Positions 1 through 10,055 of a DNA stretch of 32,174 nt are shown piece by piece. Made by a program: the position numbers and the translations under genes. The notes beneath the pieces were generated by a model that was not told the origin of the DNA, did no database searches, and worked only from the letters and a program-made list of their open reading frames with translations. Source of the stretch: a virus (Duplodnaviria; Caudoviricetes); IMG/VR virus record IMGVR_UViG_3300037484_000292, positions 1-32,174 of that record. One strand, 5' to 3'. Positions within the stretch are counted from its first letter, which is position 1, and each line of letters starts with the position of its first letter.

Positions 1-521
1 ATATTTGCACCAACAGGAGTGACACAACCGCCAACATTTCCTGTATTTGCGTAAGTATAATGAATATCCAAATAATTGACATCATTATCAGATCTTATTA
101 TCGCTGAAACTCCTCTTATCTTTTTGTAATCAGATAATCCATGTGCCACTTGAACGGTAGCCGTTGTATCCATATCCCAATCGCCAATTTCAATTATCTT
201 AGTCCTTAAAACTGCACCATTATTTGTTTTAAATGCGGTTATTCCGACAGAGTTAAGATATGTTAAAATAGTTGCTTTAATATTTGCCCACGATAATTTC
301 TTTAGAATATTAGAAGCTGCTGAATCCATGAGTCCGACTATATCGGCATCGACTGGGGTTGTCTTTTCATCTGCGTTGTATATTTCATTTTCTAAATATT
401 CAAAATTCTGCCAGATAAGATTATTATTAGCTCTTAAATGGTCTCCCCTCGCCGCGTCAACATCGCTGAATAATGGAGCTGGAAGAGAAGGTAATGAAGG
501 ATCGTCATATGGTAGACTCAT
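1..521 (-). CDS. Putative tail fibre protein, N-terminal part (runs off the window)
   Basis: Not in the ORF track; translated by hand from ATG at 521 (ATGA overlap with the upstream stop): MSLPYDDPSLPSLPAPLFSDVDAARGDHLRANNN...KTTPVDADIVGLMDSAASNILKKLSWANIKAT..., open to the window edge. The KTTPVDAD..DSAA..LKKLSWANIK motif resembles phage tail fibres, and it lies right after the baseplate genes. Confidence 0.7.
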   Translation of the reverse strand, partial: MSLPYDDPSLPSLPAPLFSDVDAARGDHLRANNNLIWQNFEYLENEIYNADEKTTPVDADIVGLMDSAASNILKKLSWANIKATILTYLNSVGITAFKTNNGAVLRTKIIEIGDWDMDTTATVQVAHGLSDYKKIRGVSAIIRSDNDVNYLDIHYTYANTGNVGGCVTPVGAN

Positions 522-1615
522 TGTATTTGCCTCGCATCTGAAATTTCGTATTCTACATCATCTATATATAAAATTAATACTTTGCCTATTGGTTTCACTC
601 TGCGTAACAGTTCTATCAATGTCGATATTGCCAGATTTCCACCGGAAAGTTGGTGCATCTGCAATGTGATCTGGTTCGCATTAATGTTTGTGTCTGAAAA
701 TGACGCAAAAGTTCCGTAACCTTGAGTCCTTCCATCTGAAGGCGGCGGAGACTGAGACGTTATCGGGTAAGAAACAGAAGATGGATTAGGCGACCATACC
801 GCAATGGCTTCAGGGTCAGGCCTGCCGCCTTCGGGGTCGACAAGCCCTAAGTCTGCATTCGGCATAGAATTCTTGCGCCATGCCGTACCATCGGAATAAT
901 ACACGGAGCTTCTGTCTCCTGTGCCGTCGTCATCAACAATACAAATTGTTCCGGCTGAAGGCACTGCAACGGGAATACCGGCGGAAAAATACGGCGGATT
1001 TTCAAAATCTGTCACAGTTCGGGGCGCGCACCAAACTATGTTCCCGCCCGACAGATACCCCCTTGAATAAGATACTGCATTTTCCGCAGCACGTGTCCAG
1101 CCCGATGGCGTTGTCCATGCCCTTGCCGTGTAAGCTGTAGGCGAGGGAGTCGCGGGACTGGATGCCGTAGAATATATTAAAAATCCGGTATCGACTATTG
1201 ATGAAACCAGATTGCCTACAAGAACTTGTGGAGTAAACGTACTATCAAACCACGCAAACGGAGGCAGGCATACGGTCTGTAAAACCAGTATAATATTATA
1301 TAAAACCTCTTTTCGCCATGCCGTAGAAATTAACTTATAAAGTGCGGCTGCCTGATTATTGGTGCCGCCGCTAAACAGTATCCCATAAGAAGAAATTAAA
1401 TACGACAGCCATGAATTACGGGGAGTATCGGGAAAATCTACGAGCCAGGGCGTTAGGATGAGTTGACGCAAGGCCGTGACATCAGCAGCACGTCTGGCAA
1501 GAATGGCATTCCACCATGTTATATATGCCATGTGCGCTGCGGGAGCGTCTTCCGCAAGATTAAAATATCCGGGCGGCGTAAGATTTTTGACCGTTAATGC
1601 GGATGCTATATCCAT
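518..1615 (-). CDS. Baseplate wedge / tail-fibre attachment protein (putative)
   Basis: 365 aa ORF directly after baseplate J; C-terminal LLRRVKPIG resembles the end of gpI/Mu gp48-type wedge proteins; synteny. Confidence 0.55.
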   Translation of the reverse strand: MDIASALTVKNLTPPGYFNLAEDAPAAHMAYITWWNAILARRAADVTALRQLILTPWLVDFPDTPRNSWLSYLISSYGILFSGGTNNQAAALYKLISTAWRKEVLYNIILVLQTVCLPPFAWFDSTFTPQVLVGNLVSSIVDTGFLIYSTASSPATPSPTAYTARAWTTPSGWTRAAENAVSYSRGYLSGGNIVWCAPRTVTDFENPPYFSAGIPVAVPSAGTICIVDDDGTGDRSSVYYSDGTAWRKNSMPNADLGLVDPEGGRPDPEAIAVWSPNPSSVSYPITSQSPPPSDGRTQGYGTFASFSDTNINANQITLQMHQLSGGNLAISTLIELLRRVKPIGKVLILYIDDVEYEISDARQIQ

Positions 1616-3006
1616 TCCACTACCTTTACAGTTAAGTCTATATTTGCGGGATCAAGAAAAACATAACGATCATACCATGACGATCCATCAGAAAATAAAG
1701 CATCATTTACAAAATCTATGAATGTTTCGTCGTATTCGCCGAGTCCCAGTGTTACCGGAGATTCGTATTCCACTTCGGGATCAATCTCCATAGTTAGCGA
1801 TTCCACGGAATCATATACGACCTGAGGAGTATTAGACATAGTATTCAGATCGCTTATCAAGTCCCTAATTAACGCAATCCCGAATTGAGGCGATATAGTT
1901 TTTACATTACTGTTGCCGGAAATGTCTATTTCGGTAATAACATCATCGTATTCATCGTCTTCAAAAGTCACATTTGTAGTTCCGTTAATTCCGGACAGAA
2001 GAGACATAATCCGGTTAATGTAATTAACTGCAAAATCATTTGCCTGCGCTATTATTTCTTCCCTGTTAGCACTACTGTAAGCACGGATATTTATTACTCC
2101 GGTTAATGTTATTTTTACCGGTTGCGCTACAGTATAATAATAACTTTGCGGTATCTGAGATGTGTATATAGTGCCGGAATTAACCTGATGCAAAGAACTC
2201 CCCGCGCTTTGCGAATTTATAAATTCAAGCCTGTTGGCAAGTATTGAAAATATCTGTTCCATTTCCGCCGCAGTTGCCAGAATCCCGCCCGGAGTTCTTA
2301 CGACAAGGTTATATCCGTTTCCGGGAACCGGGACAGGGGTATCAAGAGCGACAGCGTTTCTATTGACGTATATTTTTGTATCTTCATAATATTTTTTTAA
2401 TTCGGTTTCAACCGCAACCGAGCCGTTCTGAGTTCCATATTCAGTTTTCTCATTGATTATTCTGTTAAGATATATTGCGTCCGATTCTTCCTCTGCCCCG
2501 CTTAATAACGGAAGCGTATTTATTCCAGTTAGACCAGATAATGACCCTATAGTAAAACTTATCCCTGCGGGAATGTTGTAGCCTATTCCCTCCTCTATCG
2601 CGGTGATATATACGTCTGCCGATCCCAGAGCCGGTATAATATTTGATGACACTCCGACACTGTATTGCTGTCCCGTTGATGCCGTGCAAATAGTATCGGA
2701 CGGAATACTGATTGGGGATGCAGTTGAATTGGTTACGACAATATATCCGGTGCAGGCCTGAGCGGATTTCCGGGGATTATTAGGATTAAGTAAATCGATC
2801 ATTGAGCCTACAGGCGACATCATGGCAGCCAGTATAGCCCCGATTTCTTCATCTATCAACACATCGGCCTCCGCGAACATATTCGCGAGTATAAGTTCCG
2901 GAGGATTACCGGGAGAAAATTTGATTGAAGACGGAGCCGAATCGATTATCTGAGCCAGCGCGTCTTCAAATGATAATTCTGTGTAAACTCCGTTTTCTAT
3001 TCCCAT
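1606..3006 (-). CDS. Baseplate J-like wedge protein
   Basis: 466 aa; VYITAIEEGIGYNIPAG and GAEEESDAIYLNRI match baseplate J/gp47 motifs (AxxxGxxxN; GxxxEsDxxxxxR); synteny. Confidence 0.8.
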   Translation of the reverse strand: MGIENGVYTELSFEDALAQIIDSAPSSIKFSPGNPPELILANMFAEADVLIDEEIGAILAAMMSPVGSMIDLLNPNNPRKSAQACTGYIVVTNSTASPISIPSDTICTASTGQQYSVGVSSNIIPALGSADVYITAIEEGIGYNIPAGISFTIGSLSGLTGINTLPLLSGAEEESDAIYLNRIINEKTEYGTQNGSVAVETELKKYYEDTKIYVNRNAVALDTPVPVPGNGYNLVVRTPGGILATAAEMEQIFSILANRLEFINSQSAGSSLHQVNSGTIYTSQIPQSYYYTVAQPVKITLTGVINIRAYSSANREEIIAQANDFAVNYINRIMSLLSGINGTTNVTFEDDEYDDVITEIDISGNSNVKTISPQFGIALIRDLISDLNTMSNTPQVVYDSVESLTMEIDPEVEYESPVTLGLGEYDETFIDFVNDALFSDGSSWYDRYVFLDPANIDLTVKVVEWI

Positions 3007-3007
3007 T

Positions 3008-3289
3008 TTATTTAACCGTTATAATATTGTCTTCAGCCGATATTGAATTTGGTTCATAATATTTTTGAATAATGCGTTTTACATCCGCGACACGATCTAT
3101 ATTGCTCTGTGACAGCTTCCATACCAGCGGATCACGTCCGTATGTATCGTCCGCGAAATTCCCGCCTTGTTCGCATCTGCATTCGCTCATTGCCTGTTCT
3201 TCAAGTGCAGCCTGTCCAGATACTTGCACGGATAATCCTGTTATAGAATTAACTTGAATTTCGCCGTTGCTGTTTAAACTAAGTGACAT
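3008..3289 (-). CDS. Baseplate protein, gp25/gpW/Mu gp46-like (putative)
   Basis: 93 aa between spike and J; GxxFxDxxYG motif (GGNFADDTYG). Confidence 0.55.
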   Translation of the reverse strand: MSLSLNSNGEIQVNSITGLSVQVSGQAALEEQAMSECRCEQGGNFADDTYGRDPLVWKLSQSNIDRVADVKRIIQKYYEPNSISAEDNIITVK

Positions 3290-3327
3290 AATTATTCTTA
3301 ACCTATTTTATAATTACTTGTCAAGGA

Positions 3328-3798
3328 TTAATCAAGTGTGTGATTTTCCGACAAATTACTGTCCTGCCACTGTGACGCTGTTATAGTGGGTACGTAATCA
3401 CTACCCGCTGCTGCTTGAATTATACCTAATGCCGTATCGACTGCTTGACACCATGCTTTAAGCGATTCACCTAATACCATAGGCTCTGTCCCCTCTCCGA
3501 GTTTCATTTTACCCAGTAATGTCATATCAATTTTATAAACAATCGGAGAAACAAGAGTTGCAAAAATTAACGGAAACGCGCCCCCGTTTTTATTAATTAG
3601 TAATTGCATTGATTGTTCAAAATCGTTAATTCCTTCCGCACAAAATACTATATCTCCGACACTGGGAAATAATCCGTTTATCGGCAACGCCTCAATTGTT
3701 AAGGCATCGACACCGTCAATACGAGTATATTTCGGCTGCACAACAAAAGCGTCAGGATTTATTATCCCCGTTGATATAACCTCTGCTGCGTAAATCAT
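3328..3798 (-). CDS. Baseplate central spike protein (putative)
   Basis: 156 aa; FPSVGDIVF (OB-fold PxxGDxV) and KLGEGTEPMVLGESL motifs typical of gpV/gp138-like spikes; synteny. Confidence 0.6.
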   Translation of the reverse strand: MIYAAEVISTGIINPDAFVVQPKYTRIDGVDALTIEALPINGLFPSVGDIVFCAEGINDFEQSMQLLINKNGGAFPLIFATLVSPIVYKIDMTLLGKMKLGEGTEPMVLGESLKAWCQAVDTALGIIQAAAGSDYVPTITASQWQDSNLSENHTLD

Positions 3799-4910
3799 AA
3801 ATAGCCTTCGTAAATTTTCATTTCCAGAATCCCGTCAATTCGCACTTGAGACAGTATCCAGTTGTTTGTCGCCGTTACCTCACAGCATAGTTCGTAGTCG
3901 TTCCTGATAATAAGATAGCGTATAATTATCATGTCGTAGGCTGCAACACCGAGCTTGGAAGCTATGGAATTTTGCTGCATGCCCGCGAATAAACCGGATT
4001 TGCTGTCATCAAATAGTAAAATAAAATCAAATAAACCTGCGTCAAAAACAGGCGTTTTGAATTTAATATTTGCATAATTTTCCACGCCTACAGCCCACAT
4101 AAGAGAACCCTCACTTCCTAAAAATGAGAATTTTGGCTTATTGACGTTACTAATGGTAGGCTTCGTTGTCTGAGACAGCAATGTTATAATCTTGCCGTTT
4201 ATTTTATAAGCTAATTTATTCTGCAAACAAATCTCATCCAGAATCATTGTAAACGAAGACGGCTGAAATAATCTATCACCAACAGGCAATAAGGTCGCGT
4301 TAGCCATTTTGGAAGAGTCCACAGCATATCCCGCTTTGACCGCAACTTCCGAAAGTTGATCTACAATCGTTCTGGTCTTTATAAGATGAAAAGCAAGATC
4401 AGTTCGGAATAACGTATCATCTATCGATGCGCCTTTAATAAATAAAGTAGCAGAAACACCCAGTGAATCAGGCTGAAGGATGGATGAATACGCAATAAAA
4501 GAACGTGATATATTTGAAGTCGAACTTATTTTTTCCACAACGACAGCATACATAATATTTACTGCTGGATTGGCAATCTTTTCAATAGCTGAAGCCATTG
4601 CATCCGGAGACAGTGCAGACGACACGAATCCGACAGAGACTTGAGAAATTAAATCAGACGGAGGCATTTTTATTGCTATGCCGATAGTCATTTTTAATGA
4701 CGATCCCAGCGGGATACCATTATGCGCAATTTCATAATTATACTTGCAGGAATAAACGTCCGGAGGCAATAACATAGTTATCCCTGAAGGCAGGTATTTA
4801 TAGACAAGGCTTGACAACTCTGCCGTTGTCCATTGGTCTGAACTGTCTGTCATATCGGCTACAATGACGGGATTACATACCGGATTACCCGGCGGATAGA
4901 AAATAATCAT
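3795..4910 (-). CDS. Baseplate hub protein (putative)
   Basis: 371 aa; position before the spike; LDEICLQNKLAYKINGKIITL resembles hub/gpD-type segments. Confidence 0.5.
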   Translation of the reverse strand: MIIFYPPGNPVCNPVIVADMTDSSDQWTTAELSSLVYKYLPSGITMLLPPDVYSCKYNYEIAHNGIPLGSSLKMTIGIAIKMPPSDLISQVSVGFVSSALSPDAMASAIEKIANPAVNIMYAVVVEKISSTSNISRSFIAYSSILQPDSLGVSATLFIKGASIDDTLFRTDLAFHLIKTRTIVDQLSEVAVKAGYAVDSSKMANATLLPVGDRLFQPSSFTMILDEICLQNKLAYKINGKIITLLSQTTKPTISNVNKPKFSFLGSEGSLMWAVGVENYANIKFKTPVFDAGLFDFILLFDDSKSGLFAGMQQNSIASKLGVAAYDMIIIRYLIIRNDYELCCEVTATNNWILSQVRIDGILEMKIYEGYL

Positions 4911-5224
4911 ACGTAATCAATCCTGTAATAAGTACATGTTAATGAAAAAATGTCATCCTCGGACGGAATAGCTCCCGTTGAAAAAAGTCCCCGAAATACG
5001 TCACATCCGGCTTTGACGTACACAACTCCCTTGAGAACGGCGGTTCCGCTTGTTTTATCATATAATTTGACCATAATATTACCGTCATCATCAGTCCTAT
5101 AATATTCCCATCCCGCCAGCTCTCCGTTTATACATTGAATATAATTCTGTACGCCTACTTCCGGAGTTAAAAAATTAAACACAGTAGTCGTAACCGCTGA
5201 TTCTATGTCTTTAAAATAACTCAA
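4907..5224 (-). CDS. Small baseplate protein (putative)
   Basis: 105 aa, overlapping start/stop coupling inside the baseplate cluster. Confidence 0.45.
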   Translation of the reverse strand: MSYFKDIESAVTTTVFNFLTPEVGVQNYIQCINGELAGWEYYRTDDDGNIMVKLYDKTSGTAVLKGVVYVKAGCDVFRGLFSTGAIPSEDDIFSLTCTYYRIDYV

Positions 5225-5898
5225 AACATACCCCCGATAGAGCTGCCGCCGTTTGGTGCTACGACTTCAGTAGCAACAGCAATAAGAGAGCCTACAAGAG
5301 ACGTGCTTCGCTGCTTAAACTGTTCCCTAAGCTTTATCGTGACCTTAACTCCGGCTATGCCCGCGTCATGTGGAACGCCTATTTCCTCAATGTACCATGA
5401 ACTTGAAAGATACGGAGTTGTCTGCTGAATAGTCCCAAGCGGAATATAAGACCCTAAAATAACAACAGGCATCATATAATTCTTGATTTGATTAAGTACA
5501 GATAAACACGATGCGACATACCCCGATGTTATGCCGGAAAGATTAGGCGTAATTGCTCCGTATGAAGCGAGAGAATTTGTAATAGCGGCGGCATTTGCCA
5601 GCACAACCTGAATTGACCTGAAAATGCTTTGATCTGCTGATTCAGGAAAGTCGGAAAATACAAGGTCAAGTTCTATCGTTGACGCTTCAATTACTGTTCT
5701 TGCCCTCATTTCTCCGGCCTGCGTAAGATTACCGGGAAGCCTTACCGATGCATGAGCGTCTTCTCTTGGTATCTCGCACATTGCAAATACAGGAACATAG
5801 GTATTTGTAAAATCCGGCATTCCTACAATTAAAGCCGATTGAAACAGATTTGTAACGGCTCCGGAAATTAACGATGCTATGTCAAGAGTAAAAGCCAT
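5221..5898 (-). CDS. Tail tube initiator / baseplate protein (putative)
   Basis: 225 aa immediately after the tape measure; synteny only. Confidence 0.45.
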   Translation of the reverse strand: MAFTLDIASLISGAVTNLFQSALIVGMPDFTNTYVPVFAMCEIPREDAHASVRLPGNLTQAGEMRARTVIEASTIELDLVFSDFPESADQSIFRSIQVVLANAAAITNSLASYGAITPNLSGITSGYVASCLSVLNQIKNYMMPVVILGSYIPLGTIQQTTPYLSSSWYIEEIGVPHDAGIAGVKVTIKLREQFKQRSTSLVGSLIAVATEVVAPNGGSSIGGMF

Positions 5899-6947
5899 TA
5901 TTTCCCCGCCCTTATCCTGTTGTTTGCTTTCTCAATTTGATTTGCTGCAAAATTTAATCCTGTTGCCACCGCCGTTCCAGCCGATACCATCTTTACCTGC
6001 AATTCATTTAATTTATTATTAAGACCTAAAAGCTCTTTAGCATTAGTGACAATTGCTCCAAATATTTCATTTATCTGCTGTTCGTTACGGTTAGACCATG
6101 CCGCATTCATGGTCTGCGCTTCCCTTTGTTCTTTCGTGGTTTCCTGTATTTCCTCAGCACCGTATCTTTTTAAAAGCTCAGCTTGAATTTTTTGAGCAAT
6201 AGTTGGCGGCAGATCTCCGAGACTGTCAGTCATTTGCTGTAATATCCAGCCCCTGTCTGTCCCGGTTGATTTCCAGTTTCCGGACGCAACTCTCGTAAGT
6301 GCCGTAGGATCGTATTTATTTGTTTTTGTGAATTCGCTGATTGCATCGGCAAGCGGCTGCTGAATTCTTCCGTATGACTGGCCTATGCCCGTTCGCAGCA
6401 TTGCCATTTCTTCATTCGACCATTTCCCTTTATCCGTTTGAAAGGATACTTTCTCACCATAATATTTTGCCGCCGCATTTCTTTGTGTGAGTCCATATTG
6501 TGCGCCCGCATACGCCTTAGCCATACTAATTGTTTTCGTAGCTGTAGCTAACACGGCTCCAGCTATTGCAAACGGAATTCCGGCAATTGCAATCTTTGAC
6601 AGTTCGGACAATCCTGAATGAATAGCAGACGCGGGGTCCATATCAGACATACTACGCGATACATTTGACGCTGCATTTCCAAACTTATCTACGGATTTAC
6701 CGAATTTATTTGTGTTTTTTTTATCTTTTTTGGAATCTTCGTCTTTGCGTTTGCTTTCTTTTTCGGATGTCTTTTTTGCCAGTTCTTCGGTTTTTGTTTT
6801 TTCTTCAGCAGTTGTTTTTGCGGCAAGAGTTACGGTGGTTTTTTTCTTTGACAGGTCTTTGCCTTTTTTCTGTATCTTATCCATCACGGATAAAACAACG
6901 TCCTGGCCCTTTACTCCTATTTTTACAAGATACGAATCAAGAGCCAT
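5898..6947 (-). CDS. Tape measure protein (short, 349 aa)
   Basis: Follows the frameshifted chaperone; N-terminal DSYLVKIGVKG, Lys/Ala-rich helical sequence, hydrophobic segment AIAGIPFAIAGAVLA. Confidence 0.65.
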   Translation of the reverse strand: MALDSYLVKIGVKGQDVVLSVMDKIQKKGKDLSKKKTTVTLAAKTTAEEKTKTEELAKKTSEKESKRKDEDSKKDKKNTNKFGKSVDKFGNAASNVSRSMSDMDPASAIHSGLSELSKIAIAGIPFAIAGAVLATATKTISMAKAYAGAQYGLTQRNAAAKYYGEKVSFQTDKGKWSNEEMAMLRTGIGQSYGRIQQPLADAISEFTKTNKYDPTALTRVASGNWKSTGTDRGWILQQMTDSLGDLPPTIAQKIQAELLKRYGAEEIQETTKEQREAQTMNAAWSNRNEQQINEIFGAIVTNAKELLGLNNKLNELQVKMVSAGTAVATGLNFAANQIEKANNRIRAGK

Positions 6948-7083
6948 TTCTTTTAACCTCTAAGAATCTGTCATATAACCTTTTTACGTCATTATAATCT
7001 ATCGTTTTTGCTTCCGTGTATGATAGAACCCCGGACACAACCAACAGATCAAAATCTATCAGAGATACGGCATGAAAAAAAAA
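6937..7083 (-). CDS. Tail assembly chaperone -1 frameshift extension (lambda gpGT-like)
   Basis: T9 run at 7075-7083 (AGT TTT TTT TTC) near the end of the chaperone; the -1 frame is open (HAVSLIDFDLLVVSGVLSYTEAKTIDYNDVKRLYDRFLEVKRNGS*) to TGA at 6937-6939. Confidence 0.7.
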   Translation of the reverse strand, partial: FFFHAVSLIDFDLLVVSGVLSYTEAKTIDYNDVKRLYDRFLEVKRNGS

Positions 7084-7505
7084 CTTTCAGCAATCTTTGA
7101 CAACAGTTGAATTACTTCTACCGATACCCCGGAAAAATCTTTCGGTATGGGAACCGCGCCGACTACAATACAACGCTGAAGGTTTAATACTTCAAGAGCG
7201 TCCATTATAGAATTTTCCCTTGCCCGTGCAATCTGTAAAGAGTTTACCGGCTTCTTAATCGTATATGTTATGCCATCGTATGCAAACTTAACTGAATCAT
7301 TATCGTATTCCACTATATCCGCTATCGCGCACACGGATAGTCTTTTCTTTTTGACAGTAAGCTCAGGCGCATCACTACGCATAATTTCAATCCATGCCGC
7401 TTCTTCTTCAGTCGGATCAACAGTCGAGCCATCCCCAACGGTTTTACTGTCAGCATTGACTACTTTAATGCGCGCAAGTGATATTTTAGGAAATTCAAAT
7501 TTCAT
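7059..7505 (-). CDS. Tail assembly chaperone (gpG-like)
   Basis: 148 aa between tube and tape measure, with a terminal slippery sequence. Confidence 0.7.
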   Translation of the reverse strand: MKFEFPKISLARIKVVNADSKTVGDGSTVDPTEEEAAWIEIMRSDAPELTVKKKRLSVCAIADIVEYDNDSVKFAYDGITYTIKKPVNSLQIARARENSIMDALEVLNLQRCIVVGAVPIPKDFSGVSVEVIQLLSKIAESFFFMPYL

Positions 7506-7981
7506 ATTTCTTTATCAGTCGCAGGGTCAACTTCTGCGACATCCCCAAATGAAATCTTTGTAGTGACATATCCCTTGTCTCTGCCGACACCCTGAAGTGG
7601 CATATCTAAAAAAACACATCTTTTATGTCGTTGTATTCGCGCGCCCTCGGCAGATTGCGTATTGTATTTGTAATAAAAATCAAAGTCAAATACCATCTGA
7701 GGCCGTGCTTGCCCCCACGATTTTAATTTGTCTAAATTAGCTCCGAGAAGAAATTTGACTTCACGCGTTCCAGCCCTGGGGAGGGAATGCATAAGTACGT
7801 CACGAGAACCGTCCGCAGACATAAAACGCTTCGCTCGGTCCGTGTCCATTGTGATGTCGCCAAGCAAATCTTCCTCGTTGTAAAAAGTATCTCCGGCAAA
7901 TTTTATAGATTCTCCGGTCACGCTTGCAACGAACGTTACGATACATTCGCCTATCGATACCGATAATGATTCCTGAGCCAT
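7502..7981 (-). CDS. Tail tube protein (putative)
   Basis: 159 aa directly after the sheath; RBS AAGGAGA; synteny. Confidence 0.65.
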   Translation of the reverse strand: MAQESLSVSIGECIVTFVASVTGESIKFAGDTFYNEEDLLGDITMDTDRAKRFMSADGSRDVLMHSLPRAGTREVKFLLGANLDKLKSWGQARPQMVFDFDFYYKYNTQSAEGARIQRHKRCVFLDMPLQGVGRDKGYVTTKISFGDVAEVDPATDKEI

Positions 7982-7992
7982 GTTATTTCTCC

Positions 7993-9156
7993 TTAACTAA
8001 AATTGAAAACAATTGTAAAGTAATGAATTGCCTTGTACGGCATGATCTGCGCTACTATCGCGCCGGCCGGGATAACTCCTTCCGATTGCCAGTTAGGATT
8101 AAGTACATCAATCTGCGATTTTGTTTTTGTTATTAAAGCATAATCCGCGGTGTTATCTTCCAGTGATAGGATTGCCCCCGCTTTCCATAACGCGTCTAGC
8201 GCTGATCTTATCAACGCCGCCACTTCAAGCACTCCGGGGTAATCGGCGTCAATCCCTGTGCGTCCTGCCGCAATGAGAGAATTGCGGGAAGATACAACGC
8301 AATAATCGTTGATGTAGTCAATTGCTATCTGTGTTTCAAGCTGCATTGATGCCGGAGGATTTACGGTTGAATTCATGAATGTATCATAGATAAACAATGC
8401 CGCGCCCTGATCTTTCGCGCCGTTATATTGTGCCAGAGATTGCGAGGCTATATAAGCCCGTGTAGTCGCTGAATAAGTATCCCCGTCCACTTCCTCAAAA
8501 TCATGTGCGTCCGACAGAGAGCCTATGCTGCGCGCTATCATGCCGCCGTACAGTACGAACACCAGAGCAGACAGTAATGGATTATGATATACGTAAGTAT
8601 ATTCGTCTATTTCATCGTAAGCGTTTGTTACGACAGTAATAGTCCGGCTCTGTGTTGTAAGCGATCCGCCAAGCAAAAGAGCAGCCGGCAGAGTGTCCAG
8701 GTCTTCCATCGTGAATGAATGAAAAAATATTTTTGCTTTCGCGTCCGTACACCAGTTAGAAGCAACTACGCAATCCGCAAGAAATGTACTTTCATCGTCA
8801 AGGCCGTTTGTCTGTGATCCTACATTTAGAAATGACCATGAACGCGGACTGTAATTCGCGTCATCAAGCATATTACTTGTCAAGGCCGATCCGCCGGTGC
8901 TGAGAATGTAAACTTTATCCGGTTTGACCGATCCCGCAAAAACAGTATTTAAAAATTTAGCAGTCGCGTATGCTGTGGGATTGTCATCGATAAAATCTTC
9001 AACCATTGCCTCGGTTACTTCGATGAGTCCGGAATTAGCGTCAGGGGTATAACCCGTAATAACTTCTCTTGTCGCAAATACGATCCTTCGCGCCAGACTT
9101 CCAAGAGTTCCGGTAGTTGCCTGACTAAGTAGTGTGATAAATGATGATGCTGACAT
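7993..9156 (-). CDS. Tail sheath protein (DUF3383-like, putative)
   Basis: 387 aa; C-terminal IRSALDALWKAGAI...YKAIHYFTIVFNF resembles DUF3383-type sheath C-termini; synteny. Confidence 0.7.
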   Translation of the reverse strand: MSASSFITLLSQATTGTLGSLARRIVFATREVITGYTPDANSGLIEVTEAMVEDFIDDNPTAYATAKFLNTVFAGSVKPDKVYILSTGGSALTSNMLDDANYSPRSWSFLNVGSQTNGLDDESTFLADCVVASNWCTDAKAKIFFHSFTMEDLDTLPAALLLGGSLTTQSRTITVVTNAYDEIDEYTYVYHNPLLSALVFVLYGGMIARSIGSLSDAHDFEEVDGDTYSATTRAYIASQSLAQYNGAKDQGAALFIYDTFMNSTVNPPASMQLETQIAIDYINDYCVVSSRNSLIAAGRTGIDADYPGVLEVAALIRSALDALWKAGAILSLEDNTADYALITKTKSQIDVLNPNWQSEGVIPAGAIVAQIMPYKAIHYFTIVFNFS

Positions 9157-9157
9157 A

Positions 9158-9679
9158 TTACACCTCGCTTATATATTCGTCTTCTAAAATTTCTTGTATC
9201 GTTTCAATAATATCATCAACAGGAATTTCAACACCGCCGTGAATTGTTGATATAAATTCTGCCACTGCCTGGCAATTAAAAACCAGTCCCCGCTGAATCA
9301 CTTCAAGGCCGCCTTTAAAATTAAATTCAGGCGTTTCGTCATGATTTAAAATATTTGCAATACCAGACCATATCATGCTTTCCGGCGATGTGATCAGTTC
9401 CCTTGCTGTTTCGTAAGGAATAAACAAGTTCGTATCGTTTGCTTTTTCGTGTCCGGCTGCTGTGAAAAAATTAAGTACGTATTCAAAGTCAATCAATACG
9501 CCGCTTACTGATGATGCATAAGGCTGTCTCTTGGTTACTCTGTAAGTCGTCTGCATATACGGATACGAAACAGGCTGAGCGACAACTCCGTATTTATAAA
9601 CCGGACAAACAATATCTCTGGCTATCAACGCTGCATTTAAAGCCGAGTTCATCGCATAATATTTCTGGTTTATGTTCAT
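9158..9679 (-). CDS. Tail terminator / neck protein (putative)
   Basis: 173 aa directly before the sheath; YPY motif; synteny. Confidence 0.5.
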   Translation of the reverse strand: MNINQKYYAMNSALNAALIARDIVCPVYKYGVVAQPVSYPYMQTTYRVTKRQPYASSVSGVLIDFEYVLNFFTAAGHEKANDTNLFIPYETARELITSPESMIWSGIANILNHDETPEFNFKGGLEVIQRGLVFNCQAVAEFISTIHGGVEIPVDDIIETIQEILEDEYISEV

Positions 9680-10041
9680 ACCACGCCTGCTATCGGTATC
9701 TCGTCACATGTTGCAACAACTGTAAAATTATGATTATCTTCTCTTTTTGCCACCCATTCGACAACTCTGTATGACTTATCATGATAAATTATTGTATCCG
9801 GTTGTTCTTCCCTGGCATCGGGAATTACAATCGTTATACCGTTACGAATAATAATCCCGCCCTTTTCTAATCTCTCGATGTCTTTAGCCTGTAATATTCC
9901 GACCGAAGCAGGAACCTGTATTATATCATCAGTTACAACTGCCGAGCCATCGCTATATTCGTCATATTCTAAATAAACAAGGGATACAAATTCTGATGCT
10001 ATTCTGCTTGCTGTCAACCCTTGCATTCCCCTGGTTCTCAT
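9676..10041 (-). CDS. Head closure / head-tail joining protein (putative)
   Basis: 121 aa; PDTIIYHDKSYRVVEW matches the DxIxxxGxxYxV pattern of head-closure proteins. Confidence 0.55.
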   Translation of the reverse strand: MRTRGMQGLTASRIASEFVSLVYLEYDEYSDGSAVVTDDIIQVPASVGILQAKDIERLEKGGIIIRNGITIVIPDAREEQPDTIIYHDKSYRVVEWVAKREDNHNFTVVATCDEIPIAGVV

Positions 10042-10055
10042 ATATAGTCCCTGTT

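Noticed and set aside
3290-3324. TTGACA upstream of the gp25-like gene as an internal promoter
   Set aside because: No convincing -10 box at 16-18 nt spacing (TTAAGA/TAAGAA).
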